Shown here: in pieces, positions 1 to 9,038 of the stretch
Position numbering within the stretch: the first letter of the stretch is position 1
Layout: each line of letters starts with the position of its first letter
Assembly: GCA_036374655.1 (NCBI GenBank)
Contig: DASUTJ010000078.1
Location: forward strand, 10,542-74,541
From: Solirubrobacterales bacterium
Lineage (GTDB): Bacteria > Actinomycetota > Thermoleophilia > Solirubrobacterales > 70-9
Length of the DNA: 64,000 nt
Reading direction: 5' to 3'
Position numbers and translations under genes: made by a program
The notes under the pieces: generated by a model
Seen by the model: the letters and a program-made list of their open reading frames with translations, nothing else
The model's database searches: none
What the model was told of the DNA's origin: nothing

Positions 1-1029
1 TGCCTCCAGCCCGATCTGCCCCTCGACCATCCGCTTCTCCCGCTTCTCCTCGGGGGTGAGCCAGCAGCGGTCGCGATGGTCCGGCGCCTCGGCAAGGCGC
101 GCCTCAAGGCCGGGATACTGGCTGCACTTGCCGAACTCGTGCGGGCAGCGGGGCCGGAACGGGCACCCCTCGGGCAGCTCCAGCAGCGATGGCGGCTGTC
201 CGGCGATCTGCGGCAGCCGGTGCGGCCGCGGCCGGTCGATCCGGGTCAGCGAGCCGAGTAGGCCCCAGGTGTAGGGGTGCTGGGGGTCGTAGAAGATCTC
301 GTCCAGCGTTCCCTGCTCGACCACCTTCCCCGCGTACATCACCAGCACCCGGTCGGCCACCTCGGCGACGACCCCGAGGTCGTGGGTGATCAGGATCGTC
401 GCCAGGTTGCGCTCCCGGTTCAGTCGCTCGAGCAGGTCGAGGATCTGGGCCTGGATCGTCACGTCGAGCGCCGTCGTCGGCTCGTCGGCGATCAGCACCT
501 CGGGCTCCAGCGCCAGCGCCATCGCGATCATCGCCCGCTGGCGCATCCCGCCGGAGAACTCGTGCGGGTAGTCGTCGACCCGCTGCTCGGCTTTGGGGAT
601 TCCGACCGCCTCGAACAGCTCCACAACGCGCGCCTTGCCCTCCCCCTTGGAGGTGTCGGGACGGTGGGCGCGGATCGCCTCGACTATCTGATCGCCGATC
701 CGGTAGACCGGGTTGAAGGAGGTCATCGGGTCCTGGAAGACCATCGCGATCTTCTCGCCGCGCAGGCGCCGCATCTCGGCTTCGCTGGCGCCCGTCAGAT
801 CCTCGCCGTCCAGTCTCACCGAGCCCTCGATGCGGGCGTTGTTGGCGCGGGTCAGCCCGATCAGGGTCTGGGCGGTGACGCTCTTGCCCGAGCCCGACTC
901 GCCGACGATCGCCAGCACCTCTGCCGGGCGCAGGTCGAAGCTGACCCCGTCGACGGCCTGCACGACACCCTCTTCGGTCGCGAAGCCGACCCGCAGGTCG
1001 CGGACGGAAAGAAGTGGTGCCGGGCTCAT
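1..1029 (-). CDS. Oligopeptide/dipeptide ABC transporter ATP-binding protein (DppD/OppD-like), 3' end cut by window edge
   Basis: Own minus-strand translation from ATG at 1029 ([16 protein letters not shown]...): Walker A GESGSGKS, signature FSGGMRQR, Walker [13 protein letters not shown]-terminal CPFRPRCP motif of oligopeptide-type ATPases. Open to position 1. ATGA overlap with the upstream permease stop. Not in the ORF track because no stop lies inside the window. Confidence 0.85.
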   Translation of the reverse strand, partial: MSPAPLLSVRDLRVGFATEEGVVQAVDGVSFDLRPAEVLAIVGESGSGKSVTAQTLIGLTRANNARIEGSVRLDGEDLTGASEAEMRRLRGEKIAMVFQDPMTSFNPVYRIGDQIVEAIRAHRPDTSKGEGKARVVELFEAVGIPKAEQRVDDYPHEFSGGMRQRAMIAMALALEPEVLIADEPTTALDVTIQAQILDLLERLNRERNLATILITHDLGVVAEVADRVLVMYAGKVVEQGTLDEIFYDPQHPYTWGLLGSLTRIDRPRPHRLPQIAGQPPSLLELPEGCPFRPRCPHEFGKCSQYPGLEARLAEAPDHRDRCWLTPEEKREKRMVEGQIGLEA

Positions 1030-1988
1030 TTCGACGCGCTGTCTCCCAGCCGCACGCGGGGGTCGAGGTAGGCGTAGACGATGTCTACGATCGTGTTCAC
1101 CAGAACCACGAAGAAGGAGCCGTAGAGAACTACGCCCATGATCGGCGGCAGTTCGAACCCTTTCACCGCTTGGGCGGCGTAAGCGCCGACCCCGTCGATC
1201 GAGAAAATGGCTTCGGTGATAATTGCGGTGCCGGCGATGGTGGCGCCGAAGTCGAGGCCGAAGAGGGTGATCACGGGGATCAGCGAGTTGCGCAGCACGT
1301 GCTTGGTCATCACCTGCCGCTCGCTCAGACCCTTGGCCCGCGCCGTCCGCACGTAGTCCTCGTTCATCACGTCGAGCATGTTCGAGCGCACGACCCGGCT
1401 GTAGATGCCGATCGAGAGCACCGCCAGCGTGAACCAGGGCAGGATCAGGTGGTTGAGCCACTCGACCGGGTCTTCGCTGAACGGCACGTACTGGCCGTTG
1501 GGGAAGATTTCGGTCTGGTAGCTGAGGAAGTAGAGGAGCACTGGGGCGAGCAGGAAGACCGGAATCGAGACCCCGGCGATCGAGACACCGGTGAGGATGC
1601 GGTCGAGCCAGCCCCCGGCCCTGATCGCGGACAGGTAGCCGAGCAGGAGGCCGAAGAAGAGCCAGATCACCGCCGCTCCGATCGCCAGGGAGAAGGTGGC
1701 CGGAATCCCTTCGATGATCCGGTCGTCAACCGGGATCCGCGGTTCGTACTGGATCAGCTCACCGGTGAAGACCTTCTTCATCATCGTCAGGTACTGCTGC
1801 GGCAGCGGGTCATCGAAGCCCCATTCGGCTTCGATGTTCTTCACCAGCAGAGGGGTCGCGTTCTTGCCGGCCAGCGATTGCGCCGGGTTCTGCTGTGGCA
1901 GGACCATGAAGACGACGAAGACGATCACCGAGACCGCGAAGAGGACCGCGACCATCCCGACCAGGCGCCTGGCTATGAAGCGGGTCAT
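1026..1988 (-). CDS. ABC peptide transporter permease (DppB/OppB-like)
   Basis: Last 320 codons of track ORF 1026..2999. Start MTRFIARRLVGMVAVLF at 1988 (cat at 1986-1988), ATGA overlap with the upstream gene. Multi-TM, with EAA-type loop DYVRTARAKGLSERQV. Confidence 0.9.
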   Translation of the reverse strand: MTRFIARRLVGMVAVLFAVSVIVFVVFMVLPQQNPAQSLAGKNATPLLVKNIEAEWGFDDPLPQQYLTMMKKVFTGELIQYEPRIPVDDRIIEGIPATFSLAIGAAVIWLFFGLLLGYLSAIRAGGWLDRILTGVSIAGVSIPVFLLAPVLLYFLSYQTEIFPNGQYVPFSEDPVEWLNHLILPWFTLAVLSIGIYSRVVRSNMLDVMNEDYVRTARAKGLSERQVMTKHVLRNSLIPVITLFGLDFGATIAGTAIITEAIFSIDGVGAYAAQAVKGFELPPIMGVVLYGSFFVVLVNTIVDIVYAYLDPRVRLGDSASK

Positions 1989-3034
1989 GGGCGGGTCGCC
2001 CCGGGCTCCGGAGACGCTGCCTGTGCCTCGAACTGCAGCGCCGCGTCCAGCCGAGCCTTGCCGCGCGGGTCGAGCGCGTCGCGCAGGCCGTCGCCGACGA
2101 TGTTCAGCGACAGCACGGTGAGCATGATCATGAAGCCGGGGGCGATCGCCAGCAGCGGCTGGATCCGCAGCAGGTCGACACCGACGGTGACCATCGTCCC
2201 CCAGGAGGAGTTGGGCGGCTGCACGCCGGCGCCGAGGAACGAGAGCCCCGCCTCGAACAGCATCGCGTTGGCGATCATCAGGGTGAAGAAGACGATGACC
2301 GTCGAGGCGAGGTTGGGGAGGATCTCGCCGAACATCACCCGCAGCGGCCCCGCCCCTTGGGCAACGGCGGCTTCGACGAACTCTTTCTCGCTGAGTGAAA
2401 GCACTTCGCCGCGAATCGGCCGGGCGATGTAAGGCACGGTGAAGATGCTGATGATCAGGATCGGGATCCAGAGCGAGCCGCCCGCAAGTTCGAGTGGGCC
2501 GATCTTGAGGCCGCCGACGGCCAGGGCGATGCCGACAGAGAGCCCGATCAGGAAGACGGGCAGCGACCAGATCGTGTCGAGGGTGCGGGCGATGATGCTG
2601 TCGGCCCAGCCGCGGTAGTAGCCCGCGACCAGCCCGAGGACGACGGCGAGGATGGTGGCGATCAGGGCGGCGCTGATCCCGACCAGCAGCGAGGTGCGGC
2701 CGCCGTACATCAGCCGCACCATCTCGTCGCGGCCGAGGCGGCTGTCGGCGCCGAGGAAGAACTTGCCGCCGGCGTCGAACCACTGCGGCCCGATCGGTTT
2801 CCCTTCCGGGGTGACGACGTCGCGCTCTTCGCCGTCGACGGTGACGGTGTCGACCGTGTGCTCCTGGTTCGGCCCGGTTTCGGCGACGTGGTCGGCCCAC
2901 AGTGGCGCTGCGAGGACGAAGACGACTATGAGCAGGAAGACGCCGAGGAAGGCGACCGCGAGGCGGTTGTGGAGAAAGCGGCGCAGAGCGAGAGACCAAG
3001 GTCCTCGCTCTGCGCTCGTTTCGCCGTCTTGCAC
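1985..3034 (-). CDS. ABC peptide transporter permease (DppC/OppC-like)
   Basis: 349-aa ORF. N-terminus RRFLHNRLAVAFLGVFLLIV, a long first periplasmic loop and EAA-like loop EKEFVEAAVAQGAGPLRVMF. Confidence 0.9.
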   Translation of the reverse strand: MQDGETSAERGPWSLALRRFLHNRLAVAFLGVFLLIVVFVLAAPLWADHVAETGPNQEHTVDTVTVDGEERDVVTPEGKPIGPQWFDAGGKFFLGADSRLGRDEMVRLMYGGRTSLLVGISAALIATILAVVLGLVAGYYRGWADSIIARTLDTIWSLPVFLIGLSVGIALAVGGLKIGPLELAGGSLWIPILIISIFTVPYIARPIRGEVLSLSEKEFVEAAVAQGAGPLRVMFGEILPNLASTVIVFFTLMIANAMLFEAGLSFLGAGVQPPNSSWGTMVTVGVDLLRIQPLLAIAPGFMIMLTVLSLNIVGDGLRDALDPRGKARLDAALQFEAQAASPEPGATRP

Positions 3035-3058
3035 GTTCCTCGTCTTACTCCGGGGGCG

Positions 3059-4705
3059 CTACTTGAATTCGAAGCTGCTCAGGTACTGGCCCATCGTCAG
3101 GTTGAAGATGACGCTGTCGAGGTTGATCTCGTCGGAGACGAAGGTCGACACGGTCCGGTTCCCGTAGGGGGCCCAGGGAGCCTGTTCCATGATTTCTTCG
3201 TCCAGTTCCGCGTAGGCCTCTTCCTGCTCGGGCCCGAGCTGCTCTTCGCTCAGTTCGGTGATCTTCTTGTTGACCGCTGGGTCGTCGAACATGGCGTGGT
3301 TGTAGTTGAAGGTCGGCGTGATGCTTTCGCCGGCCAGCAGCGGCTGGAAGAAGTCGTTCGGGTGCGGATAGTCCTGGAACCAGTTGAACCAGCCGGCGTC
3401 GAGGTTGGGCGTGCTCTGATTGCCAATTACCGTCGAGAAGTTGTCGGCGCTAAGGAGTTTCAGCGTCGTATCGAAGCCGAGGTCGGTGAGGACCTCGTTG
3501 AAGTATTCGCCCGCTTCGTTGTTCGGGCTTTCGTCGTCGGTCCAGACGGTGATCTCCATGTCCGACGGGTTGGCTTCTTTGATCATCTGCTTGGCTTTCG
3601 CCAGGTCATACGGGTAGAGCTCGAACTCTTCGTGGCCGGGCATCCCCGGCGGCAGTATTTGCTGCGAGCCGCTGAGCGACCCGGCGTAGATCCGTTCCAG
3701 GGCCTTGTCGTCAACGGCGTAGTTGACCGCCTGCCGCACCTCGAGGTCGTCGAAGGGCGGCTCCTGGGTGTTCATCCAGAAGTAGTAGGTGCTGATCGTC
3801 GGCTCGACCCGGAACTGGGTCCCTTCGAAGTTTTCTTTGACTTCCGCGTAGCGCGAGGAGGGCGGCGGGTTCTGCATCCAGTCGAAGGTGCCGTTTTCGA
3901 CGTCGTCGACCTGCGTCACCTCGTTGCGGATGACGGTGATCTTGGCGCCGTCGACTACACCTGCCGGCAGGTCGGGCATCGCCTCGCCGTTGGCTTTCTC
4001 CCAGTAGGGATTGCGTTTGTATTCCCAGCCCTTGCCCGGCTGCGACTTGGTGATCATGTACGGGCCGGTGCCCGGGGCCGGGTCGGCGGACATGTCCTCG
4101 AGCGGGGTGTCCTGGGGCAACACCGCCACGAAGAGGAGCGCGAGCTCGTTTTCGAAGGTTCCGCGCGGATTTTCGAGGTTGATGACGATTTCGCCGGTTT
4201 TGTCGTCGGCTTCGATCCCGGGGATCGGCCCTTTCTTCGTTTCGGCGAACTCTTCGGCGCCTTCGATCGAGAAGTAGAAAGTCGAGCCGGGGGAGTTCAG
4301 CTCGATCATCCGTTCGACCGAGAACGGGAAGTCGGAGGCTTTGACCGGAGTCCCGTCCGAGTATTTGAGGCCGGGACGGAGGAAGAGGGTGTAGGTCTTG
4401 CCGCCGTTGCTGATCTCCGGCAGCTCTTTGGCCAACGCCGGGATGACCTCGGTGCCTTCGTCGCCGTTGGCGTGCTTGTAGGTAAGGAGGGGGAGGTAGA
4501 CCTCGGCCATCGCCGTCCAGCCTTCCACCGTGTAGGAGAGCGCCGGGTCCATGTAGTCGGGGAAGGACGCGTAGGTCGCGTTCAGGATCCCGCCTTTTCC
4601 GCCGCCTCCACCGGAGCTGTCATCGCCACCGCCGCACGACGCAAGTCCGATAGCTGCCACCGCTGCAAGAACCAGAATCGCGATAACTGCGCCTAGCTTC
4701 TTCAA
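3059..4705 (-). CDS. ABC transporter substrate-binding lipoprotein, family 5 (DppA/OppA-like)
   Basis: 548 aa, TTG start preceded by GGAGAG. Lipoprotein signal MKKLGAVIAILVLAAVAAIGLASC followed by a Gly/Ser linker. Size and sequence pattern fit peptide/nickel SBPs. Confidence 0.9.
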   Translation of the reverse strand: MKKLGAVIAILVLAAVAAIGLASCGGGDDSSGGGGGKGGILNATYASFPDYMDPALSYTVEGWTAMAEVYLPLLTYKHANGDEGTEVIPALAKELPEISNGGKTYTLFLRPGLKYSDGTPVKASDFPFSVERMIELNSPGSTFYFSIEGAEEFAETKKGPIPGIEADDKTGEIVINLENPRGTFENELALLFVAVLPQDTPLEDMSADPAPGTGPYMITKSQPGKGWEYKRNPYWEKANGEAMPDLPAGVVDGAKITVIRNEVTQVDDVENGTFDWMQNPPPSSRYAEVKENFEGTQFRVEPTISTYYFWMNTQEPPFDDLEVRQAVNYAVDDKALERIYAGSLSGSQQILPPGMPGHEEFELYPYDLAKAKQMIKEANPSDMEITVWTDDESPNNEAGEYFNEVLTDLGFDTTLKLLSADNFSTVIGNQSTPNLDAGWFNWFQDYPHPNDFFQPLLAGESITPTFNYNHAMFDDPAVNKKITELSEEQLGPEQEEAYAELDEEIMEQAPWAPYGNRTVSTFVSDEINLDSVIFNLTMGQYLSSFEFK

Positions 4706-6015
4706 CGTCTCTCCTCTTTAGTGCCGGGCCCGTTCCCAGGGATCAACTCCACCACAACGTCGTCCAGCCCGTCAAGCGACGCCTGTTGTGGCCCTCCAGT
4801 TGGCACTTCGCCCTGTCGGAGCCAATTCCCCCCGAGCAAAGGTGCCATTACGACAACGATGGCGATTACCCCGCACCCCGCGACAAGGAACGTCATCCGC
4901 GGGCTGACAAGGGCGGCGATCACGCCGCCGACCGCGAATCCGATCCCGGGCATCGCCGCGCCGATCGACTCGAGCACGCTCATCACCCGCGCCTGCATCG
5001 ATTCCGCGGTCAGTTCCTGAACGGCGCTGATCGCCGCTACCCACTGGACCCCGTTTCCGGCGCCGCCGAGCACCGAGACGAGACAGGCGACGGCCAGGGT
5101 GGGGGCGGCGGCGAGGCCGAGGTAGCCGGCGCCGACGGCCAGGGTGCTGAAGAAGAGGAGATTGGGCAGCGGCGCCTGGCGCAGGCGGGCGAAGAGGAGG
5201 CTGCCGAGGACCATGCCGGCGCCCCAGCTGGCGAGCATCAGGCCGTATCCGGTGTCGTTCGACCCCAGCGTCTCCTTTACGTAGATCACCTCGACGGGGA
5301 GGACCGCGGCGAAGAAGACGAAGGCCAGCCCCTGCGCGGTGAGGATGCGGCGCAGCAGGGTCTGGCTGCGGATGTAGGCGACGCCGGCGCGGACCCGCTC
5401 GCGCATCCGCCCCGGTTCCGGCTCGGCCTGGGGCATCGACCCCGCGGTGAAGAGGATCCAGGCCACCGCGTAGAAGGAGACAGCGTCCAGCAGCAGCGCC
5501 GACTGGACCCCGAGGCCGGCGACCGCGAGGCCGGCCAGCGCCGGGCCGACCGCGGCCCCGCCGGTGAAGGCGACGTTGAGCAGGGCGTTGCCTGCCCGCA
5601 GTTCGCCACTCGGCTCCAGCGCGGTGGCGACGACGGCGCGGGTCAGCGACCGGCCCGCCAGGGCGAGGGCCCCGTCGACGGTGGCCAGCGCCACCACCGC
5701 CGGCAGCCAGAAGTCGTCCACCAGCAGCGCCAGTCCGGCGAAGGCAGCCGCCTCGCAGCAGTAGATGACGGGCAGGGCGAAGCGTGGCGGTGGCCGCTCG
5801 ACCCTCGTCACCAGGATCGGGGCCAGCAGCGCAGGCAGGAAGCGGGTTCCGAGGAAGAGCGCCGTCGTCGCCAGGGCGCTCTCGGTCTGGTCGAAGACCA
5901 GCACCGAGAGGGCGATGATCCCCATCCAGTCGCCGAGCTCGTTGATCGCGTAGGACGCCGCCAGCCGCCGGAAGAGGGGCCGTCGCAGGGGGGAGGTCAA
6001 TTTGGGGCTAGTCAT
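4702..6015 (-). CDS. MFS transporter (EntS/MFS_3-like)
   Basis: 437 aa, about 12 hydrophobic segments. N-terminus FRRLAASYAINELGDWMGIIALSVLV is typical of this MFS subgroup. Its stop overlaps the SBP TTG start (TTGA). Confidence 0.85.
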   Translation of the reverse strand: MTSPKLTSPLRRPLFRRLAASYAINELGDWMGIIALSVLVFDQTESALATTALFLGTRFLPALLAPILVTRVERPPPRFALPVIYCCEAAAFAGLALLVDDFWLPAVVALATVDGALALAGRSLTRAVVATALEPSGELRAGNALLNVAFTGGAAVGPALAGLAVAGLGVQSALLLDAVSFYAVAWILFTAGSMPQAEPEPGRMRERVRAGVAYIRSQTLLRRILTAQGLAFVFFAAVLPVEVIYVKETLGSNDTGYGLMLASWGAGMVLGSLLFARLRQAPLPNLLFFSTLAVGAGYLGLAAAPTLAVACLVSVLGGAGNGVQWVAAISAVQELTAESMQARVMSVLESIGAAMPGIGFAVGGVIAALVSPRMTFLVAGCGVIAIVVVMAPLLGGNWLRQGEVPTGGPQQASLDGLDDVVVELIPGNGPGTKEERR

Positions 6016-6240
6016 GGGGGTTAGCCGTGCGTACTACCGCATTTCTGCACAACTTTTCCTGCAGATGCACAAGTTTCCGCCAAGCTGTGCTACAAAGTGA
6101 CCAGCAATTAGGAAGTTTCCACGATGCAGCGCACAACGTTGCGGGCTTCAACGACTACGAGAAGGGGCAAAGAACATGGGCTTTCGTCACTAAGCATTCC
6201 TCCGCAGACCAACTGATCGGAAGGTCTGCACCAGTCTTTT

Positions 6241-6277
6241 GAAGGGCGTCCTGGATGGGGGCGCCCTTCGTTTTTTT
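6241..6277 (+). terminator. Rho-independent terminator with no annotated upstream plus-strand gene
   Basis: Stem gaagggcg (6241-6248) pairs with cgcccttc (6262-6269) and is followed by T7 (6271-6277). Lies in a low-GC 500-nt intergenic region. Confidence 0.6.
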
Positions 6278-6523
6278 CTGAATCATTTCGATCCCCTGCA
6301 CAGGTTTTGGATCGATACTCGGATGGAATCCGTTTCTGGGCGAATTTGGCCATCTGGCTAAAGCCCTTGCCGATTCCCCATATAGACGTCTAACTTTGGA
6401 GTTCGCAAATAGCGGAACCGCCAACCCCAGCGCTCCCGCGCAGGGAAAAGCGGGGCGCCCCTGAAGAAATAGCCGGATTCCCGGCGGGGGCAAAACCCAG
6501 TCGACGACTTTCCGAGACCAGAG

Positions 6524-7921
6524 ATGGAGCAAACCCGCCCCACCCGCACCGCGATCGCCGTCATGGTCGGCGCTCTGCTGCTCACCGTCGGGGTCGCGAT
6601 CTGGGATTCGCCGCGTTCGGACTGGAACCTGACCTTCTTCGCCGTCCTGCTCGCCTTCTCGGTCTTCAGCGATCTGACCGCGGTGACCACCGAGTCGAAG
6701 CTGAAGATCTCCGGCAGCTTCCTGGCGCTGGTGATCGCGATGGTCTTCCTCGGCGGCACCCCGGCGGCGCTGATCGGCGTCGCCACGATCCTCACCGGCT
6801 GGCTGCGCTGGCGCGACGAGTGGCACTACTTGCTGGACAACGTGCTCACTTACGCGCTGTTCCCGCTGATCGGCGGCATCGTCTTCCACGAGGGCGTCAC
6901 CGCCCTGGGCCTGACCCCGGACGACCCCTGGTTCTACCTCTGCGTCTTCGGCCTCTTCCAGCTCGCCCTGGCGATCAACTTCGTGATGATCGCCAGCTAC
7001 GGCTGCTACGTCGAGCGCTCCTCCTTCTCGACCAAGCTGAAAGTCCTGCCGCCGGTCCTGCCTTCGGAGTTCGCCAGCGCGATGCTCGCCGTCGCCGTCG
7101 CCTACATCTACGCCGCGATCGGGATCGCCGCGATCGCCCTCTTCGGCGTCGTCCTGGTCACCTTCCAGTACCTGCTCGGCCAGCTGCTGCTCTCCCAGCA
7201 GCGGGCGAAAGAACTGGAGCTGCGCTCGACGCAGCTGGCCAGCTTCCAGGTCGGGATGTTGAGCGCGATGCTGCGCACCCTCGACCTGCGGGATCAGATG
7301 ACCGCCCGGCACAGCGCCGCGGTGGCTCGCTACTCGCGGGCGATCGCGCAGCGGGCGGGCTACTCGCGCCGCGAGGAGGAGCTGGTCCACATCGCCGCGC
7401 TGCTGCACGACATCGGCAAGTTCATCCTCCCCGACCGGATCCTCAAGGCCAACGTGCCGCTCACCGACGAGGACTGGATGCTGATCAAGCGCCACCCGCA
7501 GCAGGGCGCCCGCGTGGTCTCCTCGCTCGACGGCTACGGGCCGGTGGCGGACATCATCCTCGCCCACCACGAGCGGATCGACGGCAAAGGCTACCCGCGC
7601 GGTCTGGCCGGGGACGAGATCCCCGAGCTGGCGCGGATCATCTCCGTCGCCGACACCTACGACGTGATGACCGCCCGCGACTCCTACCGGACGCCGATGT
7701 CGAGCCACGACGCGATCGTCGAGCTGCGGCGGGTCGCCGGCAAACAGCTCGACGCCCGCTTCGTCGAGATCTTCATCGAGCTGCTCGAGGGCAAGGACGT
7801 CTCCTTCCAGCACGGCGAGGCGGCCGACTTCGAGAAGGAGCTGGCGCTCGAGGCGCGGATCGAGGAGACCGCCAGCCCCGGCGGCGAGACCAACCGCTTC
7901 CAGGTCGCCGGCGTCAACTAA
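6524..7921 (+). CDS. Membrane-anchored HD-GYP domain phosphodiesterase (c-di-GMP-type)
   Basis: 465 aa. N-terminal half has about 7 TM segments. C-terminal HD domain with HDIGK and HHERIDGKGYPRGL (the GYP motif). Confidence 0.85.
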   Translation: MEQTRPTRTAIAVMVGALLLTVGVAIWDSPRSDWNLTFFAVLLAFSVFSDLTAVTTESKLKISGSFLALVIAMVFLGGTPAALIGVATILTGWLRWRDEWHYLLDNVLTYALFPLIGGIVFHEGVTALGLTPDDPWFYLCVFGLFQLALAINFVMIASYGCYVERSSFSTKLKVLPPVLPSEFASAMLAVAVAYIYAAIGIAAIALFGVVLVTFQYLLGQLLLSQQRAKELELRSTQLASFQVGMLSAMLRTLDLRDQMTARHSAAVARYSRAIAQRAGYSRREEELVHIAALLHDIGKFILPDRILKANVPLTDEDWMLIKRHPQQGARVVSSLDGYGPVADIILAHHERIDGKGYPRGLAGDEIPELARIISVADTYDVMTARDSYRTPMSSHDAIVELRRVAGKQLDARFVEIFIELLEGKDVSFQHGEAADFEKELALEARIEETASPGGETNRFQVAGVN

Positions 7922-7925
7922 CAGC

Positions 7926-7953
7926 GCATCTGTTCCCGGTCGGGAACAGATGC
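7926..7953 (+). terminator. Perfect 12-bp stem/4-nt loop hairpin downstream of the HD-GYP gene
   Basis: gcatctgttccc-ggtc-gggaacagatgc. No U tract. Shares the core GTTCCCG/CGGGAAC with the hairpin at 21629-21653. Confidence 0.45.
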
Positions 7954-7971
7954 ATGTAGCGTTGCGCGCGC

Positions 7972-9006
7972 ATGCGCGCCGTCACTTTCCAGGCACCCGA
8001 GCAGGTGCGGATCGAGGAGAAGCCCGACCCCGAGCTCGTCGCCGGCGACGACGCCGTCATCCGCGTCGAGGCGAGCGGGATCTGCGGCTCGGATCTCCAC
8101 ATCTACCACGGCCGGGTGCCGGTCGAGCCCGGCTTCACGATCGGGCATGAGTTCGTCGGCACCGTCGTCGCGGCCGGAGACGACGTCGAGCGCGTCGCGG
8201 TCGGCGACCGCGTCCTCGGCACCTTCCACACGGCCTGCGCGACCTGCACTTCCTGCCTGCGCGGCGACTACCACCGCTGCCGCAACCAGCGCACCTTCGG
8301 GCACGGCTCCCATCTCGGCGACCTGCAGGGCGCCCAGGCGGAGCTGCTGCTGGTGCCGCGGGCGAACCTGACCCTGCGGCGGGTGCCGGAGGGAATGTCG
8401 GCCGACGTCGCCCTGTTCGCCGGCGACGTGATGGGAACCGGCTACCACGCCGTCGCCCATGCCGGGATGCAGTCCGGCGACACGGTCGCGGTCCTCGGCC
8501 TCGGCCCGGTCGGCCTCTGCGCGGTGCAGGCGGCCCTCGCCGGCGGCGCGGTCCAGGTCTTCGCGATCGACACGGTGGAGGAACGGCTGGCGATGGCCGA
8601 GCGCTTCGGCGCCACGCCGCTGCACCTGACCGAGGCCGACCCGAAGAAGGCCGTGCGGGCAGCGACCGGAGGACTGGGGGTCGACGTCGTCGTCGACGCG
8701 GTCGGCGATCCGGGTCCGCTGGCCCTGGCGGTCAGCCTCGCCCGCGACGCCGGCACCGTATCCGGGATCGGCGCCTACGCCGGCAAGGGCGAGGTGCCGC
8801 TCGGCCTTGCCTGGCTGAAGGGACTGCAGCTGCGGCTCGGTCTCGCCAACGTGATCGCCCACGTCGACCGCGTGCTGGCCCTCTTGGAGGCCGGCAAACT
8901 CGATCCGGCCCCGCTCGTCACCCATCACATGCCGCTCGATCAGGCCGGCGAGGCCTATCGCGTCTACGACAACCGCGAAGCGCTGAAGATCGTCCTCACG
9001 CCGTAG
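7972..9006 (+). CDS. Zinc-dependent alcohol dehydrogenase (MDR family)
   Basis: 344 aa. GICGSDLH, GHEFVG, the structural-zinc Cys cluster CATCTSCLRGDYHRC and Rossmann motif GLGPVG. Confidence 0.9.
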   Translation: MRAVTFQAPEQVRIEEKPDPELVAGDDAVIRVEASGICGSDLHIYHGRVPVEPGFTIGHEFVGTVVAAGDDVERVAVGDRVLGTFHTACATCTSCLRGDYHRCRNQRTFGHGSHLGDLQGAQAELLLVPRANLTLRRVPEGMSADVALFAGDVMGTGYHAVAHAGMQSGDTVAVLGLGPVGLCAVQAALAGGAVQVFAIDTVEERLAMAERFGATPLHLTEADPKKAVRAATGGLGVDVVVDAVGDPGPLALAVSLARDAGTVSGIGAYAGKGEVPLGLAWLKGLQLRLGLANVIAHVDRVLALLEAGKLDPAPLVTHHMPLDQAGEAYRVYDNREALKIVLTP

Positions 9007-9016
9007 GGTAAGCCCA

Positions 9017-9038
9017 CTGTGTCAGTTGACTGACACAG
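9017..9038. promoter_or_regulatory. Perfect 10-2-10 palindrome abutting the GntR gene (candidate operator/promoter)
   Basis: ctgtgtcagt-tg-actgacacag ends 1 nt before the ATG at 9039. Contains TTGACT (9026-9031). A TANNNT-like hexamer tactgt lies at 9050-9055. Confidence 0.5.

Noticed and set aside
2858-4696. 612-aa plus-strand ORF, together with similar long ORFs at 277..1071, 1014..2432 and 4786..6024
   Set aside because: They lie antisense to well-supported transporter genes. Their translations are low-complexity (Arg/Gly/Val/Asp-rich) with no motifs. This is the typical mirror-frame artefact of high-GC DNA.
6027-6242. 71-codon plus-strand ORF ending at the orphan terminator
   Set aside because: GTG start without an RBS, atypically low GC3 for this genome, and no motif. 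I prefer the non-coding RNA interpretation but cannot exclude a small protein.
6278-6523. Possible c-di-GMP (GEMM-type) riboswitch in the leader of the HD-GYP gene
   Set aside because: Fragments such as cgcaaatagcgg and gcgcagggaaaagcgggg superficially resemble GEMM-I elements. They are in the wrong order and I could not build the P1/P2 architecture. An Rfam scan is needed to be sure.
6155-7813. 552-aa minus-strand ORF
   Set aside because: Antisense to the HD-GYP gene, which has clear motifs and TM segments. The product is Arg/Gly/Asp-rich and motif-free.
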